Origin: Octopus vulgaris
Lineage: Eukaryota
Direction of reading: 5' to 3'
NCBI GenBank assembly: GCA_951406725.2
Contig: OX597827.1
Location: 1,240,001 to 1,304,000, forward strand
DNA length: 64,000 nt
Each line of letters begins with the position of its first letter. Within the stretch, counting starts at the first letter, position 1. Shown here one piece after another: positions 1 to 13,774 of this stretch. Position numbers and translations under genes: made by a program. Under the pieces are notes generated by a model. It did no database searches and was not told where the DNA came from. It saw nothing but the letters and a program-made list of their open reading frames with translations.

Positions 1-53
1 AAGTGGTGACTGGCTTCAACCTCTTATAGGGTGATATATAATAATAATGATAA

Positions 54-812
<759 letters not shown>

Positions 813-1260
813 GCAGCATTAGCAGTACTAGTAGTAGAAGTAGTAGCAGCAGTAATAATAATGGTTTCTCTGATTTAGGCAGAAGGTGAGAAATTCAGAA
901 AATGATTCAAGTAGAGTTTCATGAAAATTCACAAAAAAACAAAAAAAAAATGAAGAACCAAAGAACCTGAAATAAAATTTTACTTTTACGATTTGTTCAT
1001 GCTTTTACTTTTGTTGAAAAATATTAAATTAATTTACATAATTATATTATTAATTTACATAATTATATTTCTAATCAGTAATTTTTTTTCCAATATTTTT
1101 TGCATTGCTTCCGGGAAAACACTGTTTGAAGTGTTTCAGTGAAAAGAACATGTTTCAGAAAAAAAAGTCACATGATCAATGAGATTCCTTCAGAGAAAGT
1201 TGTACCAAAATGTAAAATTTCAGCAACTTAAGTGAAACACCGGATTTACAACTTCATACA

Positions 1261-1295
<35 letters not shown>

Positions 1296-1664
1296 GTGTG
1301 TGTGTGTGTGTGTGTATTTTCATAATAGTAATAGTAATTATAATAATACTAATAATAATATTTTATAATCTTAGAACTTATGAGCGATCACCGTGTAATG
1401 ACTGAAGAAAATTGTGTAATATTGGGGCATATAAGCCCTTGACAAAAAAAGTGGGTTTTTGTATGCATGGGACTTGAACACACAAATCTATATATTCACA
1501 ATATAATCATACATACATATATCGTCCAAACCAGGCTAGCATGGAAAGTGGGCGTTAAACGATGATGATAAGCATCATCATATATATATATATATAAAAG
1601 AATTTTTTGCATAATAAGATAAAAAGAAGGCTGTATAGATGTTAGAGCATTTATAGATAGAAGG

Positions 1665-1714
1665 TCTTACAGCTGTTTCTAGGATATTAATTAATAATAT
1701 CCTTTCATTGGAGA
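1665..1714 (-). ncRNA. Degenerate type-I hammerhead ribozyme motif in a probable PLE terminal-repeat remnant (approx. 1585-1840)
   Basis: Minus strand reads UCU-CCAAUGA-A-AGGAUAUU(auuaauu)AAUAUCCU-A-GAAA-CAGCUG-UA-AGA. It has an 8-bp stem II, palindromic helix III ACAGCUGU and a GUA triplet. The core differs from CUGANGA at two positions, so it is probably inactive. Confidence 0.55.
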
Positions 1715-1985
1715 TGGTGTGAGAGGAAAAATTAAGTCATAGTTAGTTTCAATGTGATACAAAATAGAGAGTGAGGTGGAGGAAAGAAAATAGATGTAAG
1801 ATAATATTGAAATATTGCATAACGGTATATATGCAATATATAAGAGACCGATAGAATATGTACTAGGCTTACAAAGAATAAGTGCTGGGTTGATTTGTTT
1901 GACTAAAGGCAGTGCTCCAGCATGGCCGCAGTCAAATGACTGAAACAAATAAAAGGATATAGATATGTCTATGTATTAATATAAA

Positions 1986-2185
1986 GCATTAAGTCAGGAG
2001 GCGTGAGAAATGAAGATAGATTTATTTTTCCATTTGACTTCCATATGATTACAACTGTTCCGTAACCTTTATATAGTGTTCTTTATTTCAGTATACAATA
2101 CACAAAGGTTACGAAACAGCTGTAAACAGACGGAAATATGGAAAAGTAAATACATCTTCACTTCTTACACCTCCTGACTTTATGC
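1986..2185. repeat. Imperfect inverted repeat (arms 1986-2070 / 2104-2185) containing the 3' half of a hammerhead motif (GAAACAGCTGTA, 2113-2124)
   Basis: gcattaagtcaggaggcgtgagaaatgaagat...gtaaccttt pairs with aaaggttac...atcttcacttcttacacctcctgactttatgc. Confidence 0.8.
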
Positions 2186-3127
2186 ATTATGTACTCCTTC
2201 GGTGAAATCTATTACTCTAATTTGCTGGTTTTTTAGTTACACAGGCATATTAGATCATACAACATCATAATTAATTGACAAGCAGACTGATAGCTAATTT
2301 TGAAAGGGGGTCTTTCTGTGATAGCCACACAAAGGGCTTCTTTCAGTTTCCATCTATCAAATGCTCTTGCAAAGCTTTTGTCAGCTCAGTGCTATAGTAA
2401 AAGACACTGAGGTGCTGTGCAGTAGGAATGAACCTAAGGACACACACCTGGGAAGCAAAAACTCTTTACCACACAATCACACCTGTGCCTCTCAACCACA
2501 CCTAAGCCTTACAGCTACGCTATCATGATGAAATATACCCAGTACTGCACTGCAAATTGGTTGATGGTCAGACAAGGAAATGTAGGTTTGAGTGAAATCT
2601 TTCTGTCCAGCAGACTTGGCAATATTACTTCTGCTGGTGTCATGACAAAATGCATCCAGCTGTAAGAACTCTACCAAAGAGGGGATGTATGAACAGGACA
2701 TGGGTGCTTCCTTGGTCAATCCAGAAGGGCAATAACTCTAAATACAAGCATATTCAGACTGTAACAATCCATCCGACCCATACCAGCATGGAAAGAGAAT
2801 ACTAAATGATAATGACCAACCTATGTATGTATGTATGTATGCATGTATGTATGTATGTATGTATGTATGTATGTATGTATGTATCTATCTATCTATCTAT
2901 CTCTATAATGTATTTACATAGCTGTATGTGCATGTGTGTATGTCTATCGGTGTGTATACTCATAATTGTATAGCTATAATGTATACAACATGCTTATATA
3001 TATATTATGTATGTATGTATATATGTATATATATAGGTATGCATATATTTATGTACTTGTAATGGATATGTGTATTTATGTGTATGTGTGTGTACCCATA
3101 TAATTATAAGGCTATGATGTATATAAC

Positions 3128-3170
<43 letters not shown>

Positions 3171-3375
3171 GGATATGTCTACGTACTTACATATATAATG
3201 TGTTGTGTGTGCAGCTTAGATGTAGAACCAAAAATCTTCAAATATTTCAGACCTGATTATGGCATATTACTATATTGATTTATTGGAATGGCAGCAATAT
3301 AATCCTCCTACCACTTCTCTCTCTCTCTCTTTCTCTCTCTCCCCATTCCTCTCTCTCTCACACAGCTCTTTCTCT

Positions 3376-3415
<40 letters not shown>

Positions 3416-3509
3416 ATCCCTCTCCAACTCTATCAATCTATCGCCACAACCAGACACACAATCACTGAATCATGCATATGAAAAAAAAATAAAATAAAAA
3501 ATAAAACAA

Positions 3510-3560
<51 letters not shown>

Positions 3561-4036
3561 CATTTAATTTAGTCCAGTGAAAAAAAATATGCATATGTAG
3601 AGTAACCGTTGTGCATTAAATACATAATAACATAAGTCTTAAGTGCTCATAGAATGCACTTCCCTTTGCAAGTACAAGCTGATGCATATGTGGACGTGAG
3701 TGAGTGTGTGTGTGTATTTGTATTTGATTGTGTATGTATGTATGTGTGCATGTGTGTGCGTATGTATGTATGTTATTACATGACGAGTTTTATCTGCATG
3801 CAAGCTTTTCAATTAATTCAATTGGCCAGGAAATAAGCTAAAAATTAATATAGATGTAATGAAGAAAAGGGGGGGGGAGCAAAAAAAAAAGAAAAAAAAG
3901 CTATAAAAAAAAGCAAATAAAAAGCATACACACTTAAAAAAAACAATGAAAAAATAAAAAAGAACGTTGGGGAATAAACATCAAAACTTACTCAAACATG
4001 TGAACACACACACACACACACACATACATACATTCA

Positions 4037-4072
<36 letters not shown>

Positions 4073-4128
4073 CACGATGTATTTGTAAACAGCTACAAAT
4101 ATCTATGGTTATAGAACAGATACATGTA

Positions 4129-4160
<32 letters not shown>

Positions 4161-4256
4161 CATACACACACACATGCATACATATATATATATATATACA
4201 TACACATATATGCTTACATATATATATGCATATATACATACATACATATGAATGCA

Positions 4257-4312
<56 letters not shown>

Positions 4313-4826
4313 TATATACATGTATATATATGCATGCATGTATATGCATATGCATATAAACATTTCATAGAGTATTGCTTTAAACTCACACTTTACAACT
4401 TATTAAATATTGCTATAATATAGACATGAAACGAACAATTTTTTTTCTCTAATGTTCTTTACATTTTTCCATTGAATCACATGTGTAGAGGGTGTATACA
4501 TGTATCTAATGTGTACATGTTCTTAATGGTTTGTGTGTGTGTGTATATATATATATATATGCACAAACATATAAGAGTGTCTGAATATGAGAGCATACGC
4601 GGGTGTGCTGTGCTATGCTATGTACATTTTATCAAACATTTCTGGTTTTTTATTATTTTTATTTTTTTGCTTTTTATTTATTTATTTATTTTTTAATATA
4701 TCTATTTTCCCTTCTTTCTGTGAAATGTACTTGTGTTCCGGTAATGAGGAATTACTCTCTCTGTCTGTCAATTGGTTCCAATGGAAAGCTTCCTGCTTGA
4801 AACTGTTCTGTACTGTTATTTGTGTG

Positions 4827-4875
<49 letters not shown>

Positions 4876-4922
4876 ACACACATACATATATACATATATA
4901 ACTATAAATATGTGCTAGTGTA

Positions 4923-4968
<46 letters not shown>

Positions 4969-5611
4969 TATATATATATATACATTTGTATATATGCACA
5001 AAGTATATGTATACACACATATATATACCCGATACAAGTATATATACTTAATTTTTTTATATAATATCTATACATAGTATTTGTATATTGTTTTTTGTAG
5101 GCAGTTTATTTTGTTGGAGTTCGTTAAGACCAGTCTAACATGAGTTTTGTGTGATGAGTGAGCTTGTATGTGTGTGTGTGTGTGTTTCTGTCCATGTCAA
5201 TGAATCTCAACTGTATATGTAGATATGTATGTGTGTTTGTGTATGTATATGTGTGAATGGGTCGTTACGAGTAGCCTAGGTAACTGCAGTGATATATGTT
5301 ACACATGAGAGCATATGCACACATACCAACACTGCCAAGTGCACACACACACACACACACACTTTATGTATCTATACATAGACACACATGAGAAAGTGTT
5401 CATACGTGTACAAGTCTATAATTAATTATATTGAACCATATATATTTATATACATTTGCATGCACCTCTACATTCTCCACACATACAAACACACACATGC
5501 ATCAATGTTTATCTATACATGCTCATGCACATACATGCACATGCATACATACACATGCACATATATATGTACATACATGTATATATATACATATATATAT
5601 GTACATACATG

Positions 5612-5668
<57 letters not shown>

Positions 5669-5670
<2 letters not shown>

Positions 5671-6076
5671 TCTTTACTCTTTTACTTGTTTCAGTCACTT
5701 GACACTTGACTGTGGCCATGAAGGAGCACCGCCTTTAGTCGAGTAAATCGACCCCAGGACTTATTCTTTGAAAGCCTAGTACTTATTCTATCGGTCTCTT
5801 TTGCTGAACCACTAAGTTACGGGGATGTAAACACACCAGCATCGGTTGTCAAGCAATGTTTGGGGCAACAAACACAGACACACAAACACACACATATATA
5901 TATATATATATACATATAGACGACAGGCTTCTTTCAGTTTCCATCTACCAAATCCACTTACAAGGCTTTGGTCGGCCCAAGGCTATTGTAGAAGACACTT
6001 ACCCAAGGTGCCACGCAGTGAGACTAAACCTGGAACCATGTGGTTGGTAAGCAGGCTACTTACCACACAGCCACTC
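5669..6076 (-). mobile_element. Near full-length tRNA-derived SINE family A
   Basis: Reverse complement of head gagtggctgtgtggtaag, the internal (TA/TG)n tract and the tail ctgaaacaagtaaaagagtaaagag. It matches copies at 28491 and 44115. Confidence 0.85.
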
Positions 6077-6380
6077 ACTATTTAACATCTGTTTGATGGT
6101 CTGACAGGACTTGGTGAGCTTGATGCTACATTGAGCTCCATATCAACTTTGCAGGAGTTCCTGCAGCTGGATGTGCAGTGTGTACTGGGTGCTTTACTCA
6201 TGTCACAGGTGCATGTTAGCTTACCAAGTAACATGCAAGATAAGAAAGAACCAGAAAAGGGAAAATCCCTTTTGAATAAGTGGTGGGGAGTATTTGAGAA
6301 GATGGAGAGGTGATTTCATGCCAGGTACAGGCATAATTAGAGTGGTCTTGCTATAGAGAAGATTTATACATATATGCATT

Positions 6381-6456
6381 ATTTATACATATATAATGTG
6401 CTGTTCTGTGATGGCAAGATTTATACATATATAATGTGCTGTTCTGTGATGGCAAG
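6381..6456 (+). repeat. Exact 38-bp tandem duplication
   Basis: atttatacatatataatgtgctgttctgtgatggcaag x2 (6381-6418, 6419-6456). Confidence 0.95.
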
Positions 6457-6492
6457 ATCAACAAAAAAAAGTACTCCACCTGGTGAGAGATA

Positions 6493-6772
6493 AATATTAT
6501 TTAATAAATACAATATGATTTTATGTGCTATTATTAGTTTCATGTGCTGGGAGCATGCCAAACTGTGCTTTTTAATACATCTGGTGTCTTAGTACAATCA
6601 TCAGATATTGCCCACATAGCATCATGAACTTCTCATTTTTAGTTCGATATACCATGAGGGCAGTGTCTGATGATTGTGCAAGACATGTTAAAAACCACTA
6701 TTTGGCATGCTCTCATCACATAAAACTAATAGTAACACATAGAAACATATATTGTGTTTATTAAATAATATT
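6493..6772. repeat. Long imperfect fold-back, MITE-like (arms 6493-6630 / 6641-6772, 10-nt loop)
   Basis: aatattatttaataaatacaatat...gagcatgccaaa...caatcatcagatattgccc...gaact pairs with agttc...gggcagtgtctgatgattg...tttggcatgctc...atattgtgtttattaaataatatt. Confidence 0.85.
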
Positions 6773-7379
6773 ATATATATATATGAAACATGATTGCCCA
6801 GACTCTCAGATGTTATACATCACTGGTCACCATGCTCTTTGCATTGTTTTAGATTCTGAATGATGCCACCCCATTGGCTAGGTGAGTAGGCCAGCATTCT
6901 CCCTGATCAGAAAGCTACTCCATCATAGGGTTACCCTTTTACTGTTGAGTGGACCAGCCAGTCTGGGAATCAAATCCACTAAGCAATATATACACATATG
7001 CCCATGCACACGAGGGTGAATCAGATAATTGTGTTACTTTCTGATCCACCTTTATACTTATATATACACACTCATACATACACATATATTACAGGTAAGT
7101 TAACTATTTCAATGCTATGCTATAGAGATGAATGGTCATAGATTTTAGCTAATATTGTATATAAACGATGATGATGATGATGATGATGATAGACAAATTG
7201 TAAATAACTTGTCTATTTTGTGTTCAAAGAGTGAGATCAGCCAGTCTAGTTTAAAATCTGTGTTGGTATTTCATAACAACTAGGATCCTTCTTTTACTCC
7301 CTGTAAAGCAACAATCTGTTATAAAGGGCTTAAGCAAACTGGGTAGACTGATTTATTTATACCCGATTGATTGATTGAT

Positions 7380-7449
7380 AAATAGATGGATTGATAATAG
7401 ATAGATAGATAAATATAGATAGATAGATAGATGGATGGATAGATAGATG

Positions 7450-7484
<35 letters not shown>

Positions 7485-7489
7485 GGATG

Positions 7490-7552
<63 letters not shown>

Positions 7553-7565
7553 GGATAGATAGATA
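7380..7565 (+). repeat. (GATA/GATG)n microsatellite
   Basis: Directly visible. Confidence 0.97.
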
Positions 7566-7759
7566 AACAGGTTCACTTAGCCCTTCATGTTACTTAAAGT
7601 TTCATGGATGTGAAAACACGACCATCTCCTCAGAAGCAAAGAGATGAAGAAGCCAAATGACCTCTGTTTACAGAGAGAACTTAATCTCCATTGGTCAATT
7701 CAGGTCATGTTGTAGAGATAATAGCTCTATGGCAACAGATCTCTCTACATAGAGATTAA

Positions 7760-7980
7760 CCCTTTAACATTCAGATTACTCTGTCAAGTGTAATGTATAT
7801 CTATTCATAGTGTTTTGAATTAAACATGCATTATCATGTAGCTTCAAGATTTCAACGATGGGATTGTTTATTTTTAGCGTGACATTGTAGGATAGGTGTG
7901 AAAAGTTGGATCTAGTCAGTTGGAATGTTAAACAGGTAGAATATTTTGGGCCGGATATGGATGGCTTAAATGCTAAAAGG
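7760..7980. mobile_element. piggyBac-like MITE
   Basis: TTAA (7756-7759) followed by CCCTTTAACATTCA; the right end TAAATGCTAAAAGG is a degenerate inverted terminus. The right TSD is degraded (tttt). Confidence 0.6.
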
Positions 7981-8099
7981 TTTTCACCACTTTGTCATCA
8001 AAGCTCATATCTGATGCATCTTCATCATCACTGCTTCTTTGAAGGGGTGGTCAGGAATAGATTCCACATTACAGAGAGAGTTTAATATCTGATTGTCAG

Positions 8100-9172
8100 T
8101 TCTGGTCATGTGGATGTAGTTATATCTTGGCGACAACAGATGAATGCCACTAAGTCATCAGTGTGTGGTGCTTGGTGTAGATGCTGGTGGCATGTCTGCC
8201 AGATCATTGAGTTGCAGGAATGAGGGACTGTAATGTCCGTGTGGACATCAAGCATAGTATAGCATGGTAAAAGGTGGTATACTGAAATTAGTGGGGTTAC
8301 TAGTTTGAAAGACATCAAAAATGCATGTGTTCTGTGACATCAATATAAAATATCAGTGTTTCTAATAATGGATTCTGCAGGTGGTTGGAATATGTCTAGC
8401 CGTCCGTCAAGCAGAGGTAGCAATTTGCAGTTCCAGGTGAATAAGGTGAAGTTCAATTGAGTTATACTCCATTTTATGTTAAGGTAAGGTGTTGCTGAGG
8501 TTACAGAGACAAGGTGGTACACTTTTTCATCCTTACATCTGAATGAATGTATATGTCACAAGTATCTTCCCTTGAAGTCATTGTCAGTTATGCCCATGTA
8601 GTGTCTCATGATACAACTGGGTGGTGTGATGGTGACCCTATAAACCATGGCTTTCAAGAGGCAGGATCCTCCCAACAGACAGTTGGTAGGATTTTAGCAG
8701 TCGCAGATGGGAATGTGGGATGGAAATTATAGGGATGCATGTTTGTTTCTGTAAGAGCATGTGATATCAGAAGCAATATCATATAAACATAAATAGCTGA
8801 CCTTAACATTATTGGGATTAAGAAGTTTATAATATTTATGGGACCGAGGGAAATGTTGCTTGATTGCAGTTAGAAAGCTGTTAGCTATAACGCTAAAACC
8901 ACCTAGGTTGAGTGGAGGATTATACCAGATCAGCTTTCCTTTTTTAACATGGAGGGTGCAAATGGGTGGGTGGCAGTCACCCATGTATACTAACTTGTTA
9001 GTAAACCCACTCCTCATTAGAAGCTTATTGTAATGAGGTGCTGGTCTCTTGAAGATTGCTCTAACTGATGGCAGGCTGGATATTCTTTTGCTGGTATATG
9101 TAACAGGTCTGTTTTTTTATCAAAGATGAAGGATGTTTTTGATCACAGCTAGAGGATGGTTGGAATGTTTAT
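8100..9172 (-). pseudogene. Degenerate Penelope-like retroelement: RT thumb/linker plus GIY-YIG endonuclease (Naiad-like by recalled motif pattern)
   Basis: Minus-strand translation gives YTHKHSNHPLAVIKNI...SKRISSL..IF..PAPHYNKLLMRSGF, LIWYNPP...FLTAIKQHFPRSHKYYKLLNPNNVKVSY, CDC*NPTNCLLGGSCLLKAMVYRVT...HYMGITDNDFKGRY.*HIHSF and NIKWSI. These are PLE motifs, interrupted by stops and frameshifts. Confidence 0.85.
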
Positions 9173-9571
9173 GCGTGTAGGATTTCCACGAAGAAAAGAA
9201 TTAGAGCAAATGCTGCAATGTATTTTGTTTAGTGGTCTAATGATTGTGCCTGTCTACTGCCATAATAACAACAATAATAATAATGACAATGATGGACTCT
9301 CCTGTCAAGGATGATGTATGAGTATTCAGCTTTTGCTGAATGACCTACACAGATTATTTGTTCATAGTGATCAAGTGAATATGCTGCACATTAGCTCACT
9401 CCCTCCTGAACAGGTGCATGGTGTAACCTGTGTCAAGTGTTGGACTGGTTGCCATGCAACAAGAGACGAAATGGTTTACTCAAGAACACAATGCAATAAC
9501 CAGTCTAGGAATTGAAACTGTGGTCTTGAGATCACAAATGGAACACCCTAACCACTAATAATAATGATAAT

Positions 9572-10248
9572 AATGGTTTCAAATTTTGGCACAAGTCCAG
9601 CAATTTTAGGGGAGGAGGTAAATTGATTACAGTGACCCCAGTCTTCAACTGGTACTTATTTTATTGACCCCAAAAGGATGAAAGTCAAAGTTGGCCTTGG
9701 TGGAATTTGAACTCAGAATGTAAAGATGGACGAAATGTCTCCAAGCCTTTTTCCCTGTGTAATAACAATTCTACCAGCTTGCTACCTTAATAATAATAAT
9801 AGTAATAACAGTTTCAAATTTTGGCACAAGGCCTGCAATTTCGGTAAAAGTGGATAAGCCAATTACTTTGACCCCCAATGTTCAACTGATACCTATTTCG
9901 TCAACCCTGGAAGGTTAAAAGGCAAAGTTGACGTAGACAGAATTTGAACTCAGAATGTAAGGATGGACGAAATGTAATTAAGCAATTTTGCCCAGCGTGA
10001 TAATGATTCTGCCACTTCACTGCTTTTCTTTCTACAATAGACACAAGGCCTGAAATTTTGCAGAAAGGGGCTTGTCAATTTTAAAGGCCCCCAGTGCTCA
10101 ACTGGTACTGCTTTTATTGACACCCCACCTCAAAGGATGGAGAGGCAAAGTTGGCTTTGACAGCATTTGCACCCAGAACATAAAGAACGCGAAAGAAATG
10201 CCGCTAAGCATTTTTCTCCAGAGCACTAACGATTCTGCCAACTCACCA
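9572..10248 (-). mobile_element. Three head-to-tail SINE family B copies (approx. 9572-9790, 9810-10025, 10027-10248)
   Basis: Repeated ggtttcaaattttggcacaag...gaatttgaactcagaatgtaa...ttctgcca units. Confidence 0.8.
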
Positions 10249-10872
10249 ACAATAATAATAACAACAACAACACGATGTTAGCGCAGTTGTGATGGTAGAG
10301 AATGGATAACAAAAATGGAATGTATGCACACACATACAAAAATAACAAAGAAACAGAATGAGGATGTAGAAAAATTTATATTCCTATATAAACCAAATTG
10401 GAATATCAATTTATTTGCTGGTTGAAGAGAAAAATCGTTAGAATTTATATATATATACACATATATTTCTTCTAATATATATATATATATATATTGCATT
10501 TTGTTTTATTTTCATAAGATTCTTTATTATTTTTTTACTCGTTCTACCTTTTCACAAATTTTATTTCATTTATATATTTATTTTTATTATTTTATTTTCT
10601 ATTTGTGCGATCCCCTTTCTCGATTTTGCTTTTCTCTTCTTTTGTCCCCCACCTCTCGTTTTTGTTTCTTTATTTCATTTTTTTTTCTCCCTTTTTCTAA
10701 CGGTTTGTTATTGTTGTTGTCGTTGTTGTTGTTGCAATTGTTTTGCATTTCGAAAAAGGAAATCTAATCCTTGTAAAATATTTTTCCTTCCTTAAATGTG
10801 TATGTATGTAAATATTTCTGTAAGTGCATGTAAGTATATACATATATATGGGTGTGTGTGCATGTCTATATG

Positions 10873-10936
<64 letters not shown>

Positions 10937-11589
10937 ATACATATATATATACATATATAATGACATGCATACACATATATATATATATATACTTACATTC
11001 AAATAATACATACACATATACGCAAACACATACAAAATCACATGCACAAAATTAGATACACCTATGCACACACATGCATATATATACATATACACACACA
11101 CACACATATATATCTTTATTTATATAGGTAGGAATGCATGTATGTAAATATACAAGATCACACACACATATATGATTAAATGTATATACATACATACATA
11201 TAGGTATGTATATAAATATATAAACACACACACATCCATTTATATATATATATATATACACTCACATACATTGCATACATATGTATGTACATGCATACTT
11301 ACATATGTAATAAATGAGGAATTTCTTCATAAGAAAATTACATGAATCTCGCCTTTCATGACTGTATCTTCATTGAATATGGTGTGCGTTTTCGGTACAA
11401 ATGTATTCTGAGAACTTACGTGCTGTGTATGCACTGACGTTCCAAACTTGGCGTGCATTGCCGACTAATTTTAGTTAAGACAGTCTTGTTATTGCTGTTT
11501 TTGTTGTGTTGTTGTTATTGATACAAACAGTAAATATATAAAACAAGTAATGTAAAATAAACGAAAAATGTATATAATTCACACCACTG

Positions 11590-11611
11590 TCTCTCTCTTT
11601 CTTTCTCTCTC

Positions 11612-11645
<34 letters not shown>

Positions 11646-12116
11646 TCCTACTATTTACTGACGTTAACAACAAACACAACAACAATGCCAGTATCTACAT
11701 TAAGTGTACAATGCTATCAATAGAAACAACCACAACAACAACAACAACAACAACAATAGCAATAACAGCAACATCTACATTAAGTGTAATGCTATCAATA
11801 GCAACAACAACTACAACAACATGTTCAACATGAATGACAGGAAGTTCACCACCACCACCACCACCACCACCACCACTACAGCTATTGTTGGCAACCCTGA
11901 ATGGTAGTACACTGCCTGCACTGCAACCAACATTAATACCATCATTAGCATCATTGTTATTACCATCAAGACCATCATCAACATTATTATCATCATTACT
12001 ATGAGTATTTTTACCATCATTACCATCACTCTCATTACTATTACTATAAATGCTGTCATTACTCTTGGTCATCACCATCAATATCATTACTGTCATTACC
12101 ATAACTCATTAACTTG

Positions 12117-12147
<31 letters not shown>

Positions 12148-12440
12148 TCATTATTACCATCAACATTACTGCCATCATTATCATTCTTATGAACATTTTT
12201 TACCATCATTCCTATCATTATATTGCTGTCATTGCCGTTACTATCAGTACCATCATGACAATTGTCATCACTATCATCTCTAGCTCTACCATCGATATAA
12301 TAACTATCAATAGTACCGCTGCCATTAACCTTCAACATCATTACTATCACTATCATTACCATAGAAATCAATACCATTAATATCATTACCATCATCATCT
12401 TTACTATCATTATGATTACCATCATTACCACCATTATTTT
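11590..12440 (+). repeat. Degenerate trinucleotide low-complexity field (ACC/ATC/AAC/ATT) with short internal duplications
   Basis: Visible directly; atctacattaagtgta(c)aatgctatcaatag occurs twice (approx. 11693 and 11772). Confidence 0.85.
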
Positions 12441-12454
12441 TAGGTCTGGCACCT

Positions 12455-13140
12455 GACATGTTCCCTTTCACCAAGAATTCTCCATCTTGAAAGATTTCTC
12501 CTGGGTAAGGGCCATCTCCCAGCTATGTTGTCTGGACTGGAGGTACACATGCTGAGGGTAGGTTCATTCATGCAGATCATTCTCACCTGTCTTACTTACC
12601 TTTACAGTTAACTCACCAGAGGGTGCTATTTCACCTTCCACCTTCCACTTTCTTTCCAAGTGGAATTTGAAGACCTCGATGAAGAGGAAAATGTCAATGC
12701 CAAACTTACGTTGTTTCCATAAACAGAAATCATCAGAAGATCCTTCAGTGGTGCTTTGGCATTAAAAATACTTCATATACTACTTTTATCACAAAAACAC
12801 CACTATATTGCACCAAACCCACTAAAGATTGATGGTACTCAAAGTCCTCACAAATACTCCAAATGTAGGTTTTCACCAACAATGAGTATTGCTTCTGGTG
12901 AAAGCACATCCTTGCCATACCCACATCTCAAAGATTGGTCCTTATCAGGATCAGAAAATATTTCAGTCCCCAAGAATTGCAGACACTCTACAAAGCTCAA
13001 GTGAGGTTGTCAATGGAGTACTGCTCCTACACCTGGGACAGTGTTACAGTTATGTCCAGGGACATCCAGGGCCATTCAACAAATTGGCATTCAATCACCA
13101 ACAGGTACACTCCAGCCTCCAGTTCACTACCATGCTGTCT
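12455..13140 (+). pseudogene. Degenerate non-LTR retrotransposon reverse-transcriptase fragment (CR1/Jockey-like)
   Basis: ORF 12935 gives IRKYFSPQELQTLYKAQVRLSMEYCSYTW, resembling the LYKAQVRPxxEYCSHIW motif C-terminal to LINE RT. Upstream is a PEG-AISP remnant resembling the PQGSxLSP motif. Confidence 0.7.
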
Positions 13141-13230
13141 TCTTTCTCTCTCTTTTTCTTTGTTCCTTGGACCATACGGATCCCATATAATAGCCTTTGT
13201 TCCCAATCACCAGACTCACAAAGTAAGAAA

Positions 13231-13774
13231 AATGATATTGTACATTAAATTAAACTAGATGGTTGTGGCTGGAATGTCTTTTCACCCCAGAACAGGAATG
13301 GTCAGTCTTAAAATATTCACAGGGCTTTAACTAACCTAAATATATGGTAGAAAATACTTTATGTCAGGTCACTACATGTAACCCACTACAGCCTGCCACA
13401 TGGTTAATTTATTGGTGACTAAATTGGTAGCCTCACCAAGCCTGCTTGGTGTGGAAGGTGATTTAGTGGAAATCTTACATGTTAAAAAACAAAACTCATC
13501 AAAGGGTGGATGAACTCAAGAGAATCCATGGTCATCATGTGGGAAGCTAATGATGTGAGTTACCAGTTTAGTCACCAATAAATTAACCATGTGGCAGGCT
13601 GTACTGCGTTATATATTAGCAGTAGTTCAAGAGTGACCTGACATAAAGTATTTTCTACCCTGTATTTATGTTAGTTAAGGCCTTGTGAATATTTTAAGAC
13701 TGACCATTCCTGTTCTGGGGTGATAAGACATTCCAGCCACAACTGTTTAGTTTAATTTAATGTACAATATCGTT
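13231..13774. repeat. Long inverted repeat (arms 13231-13436 / 13555-13774, approx. 118-nt spacer), fold-back/MITE-like
   Basis: gatattgtacattaaattaaactag...ccccagaacaggaatggtcagtcttaaaatattcaca...cagcctgccacatggttaatttattggtgactaaa matches the reverse complement of the right arm. The right arm carries an extra short insertion near 13617-13631. Confidence 0.93.

Noticed and set aside
6595-6690. Hammerhead at CTGATGA in the 6.5-kb hairpin
   Set aside because: No stem II followed by GAAA, and no helix III or cleavage triplet.
8000-8037. Possible relic hammerhead downstream of the 8.1-9.2 kb PLE (minus strand)
   Set aside because: It needs several core substitutions (GUGAUGA, GAUA) and overlaps a (TGA)n run, so it cannot be supported.
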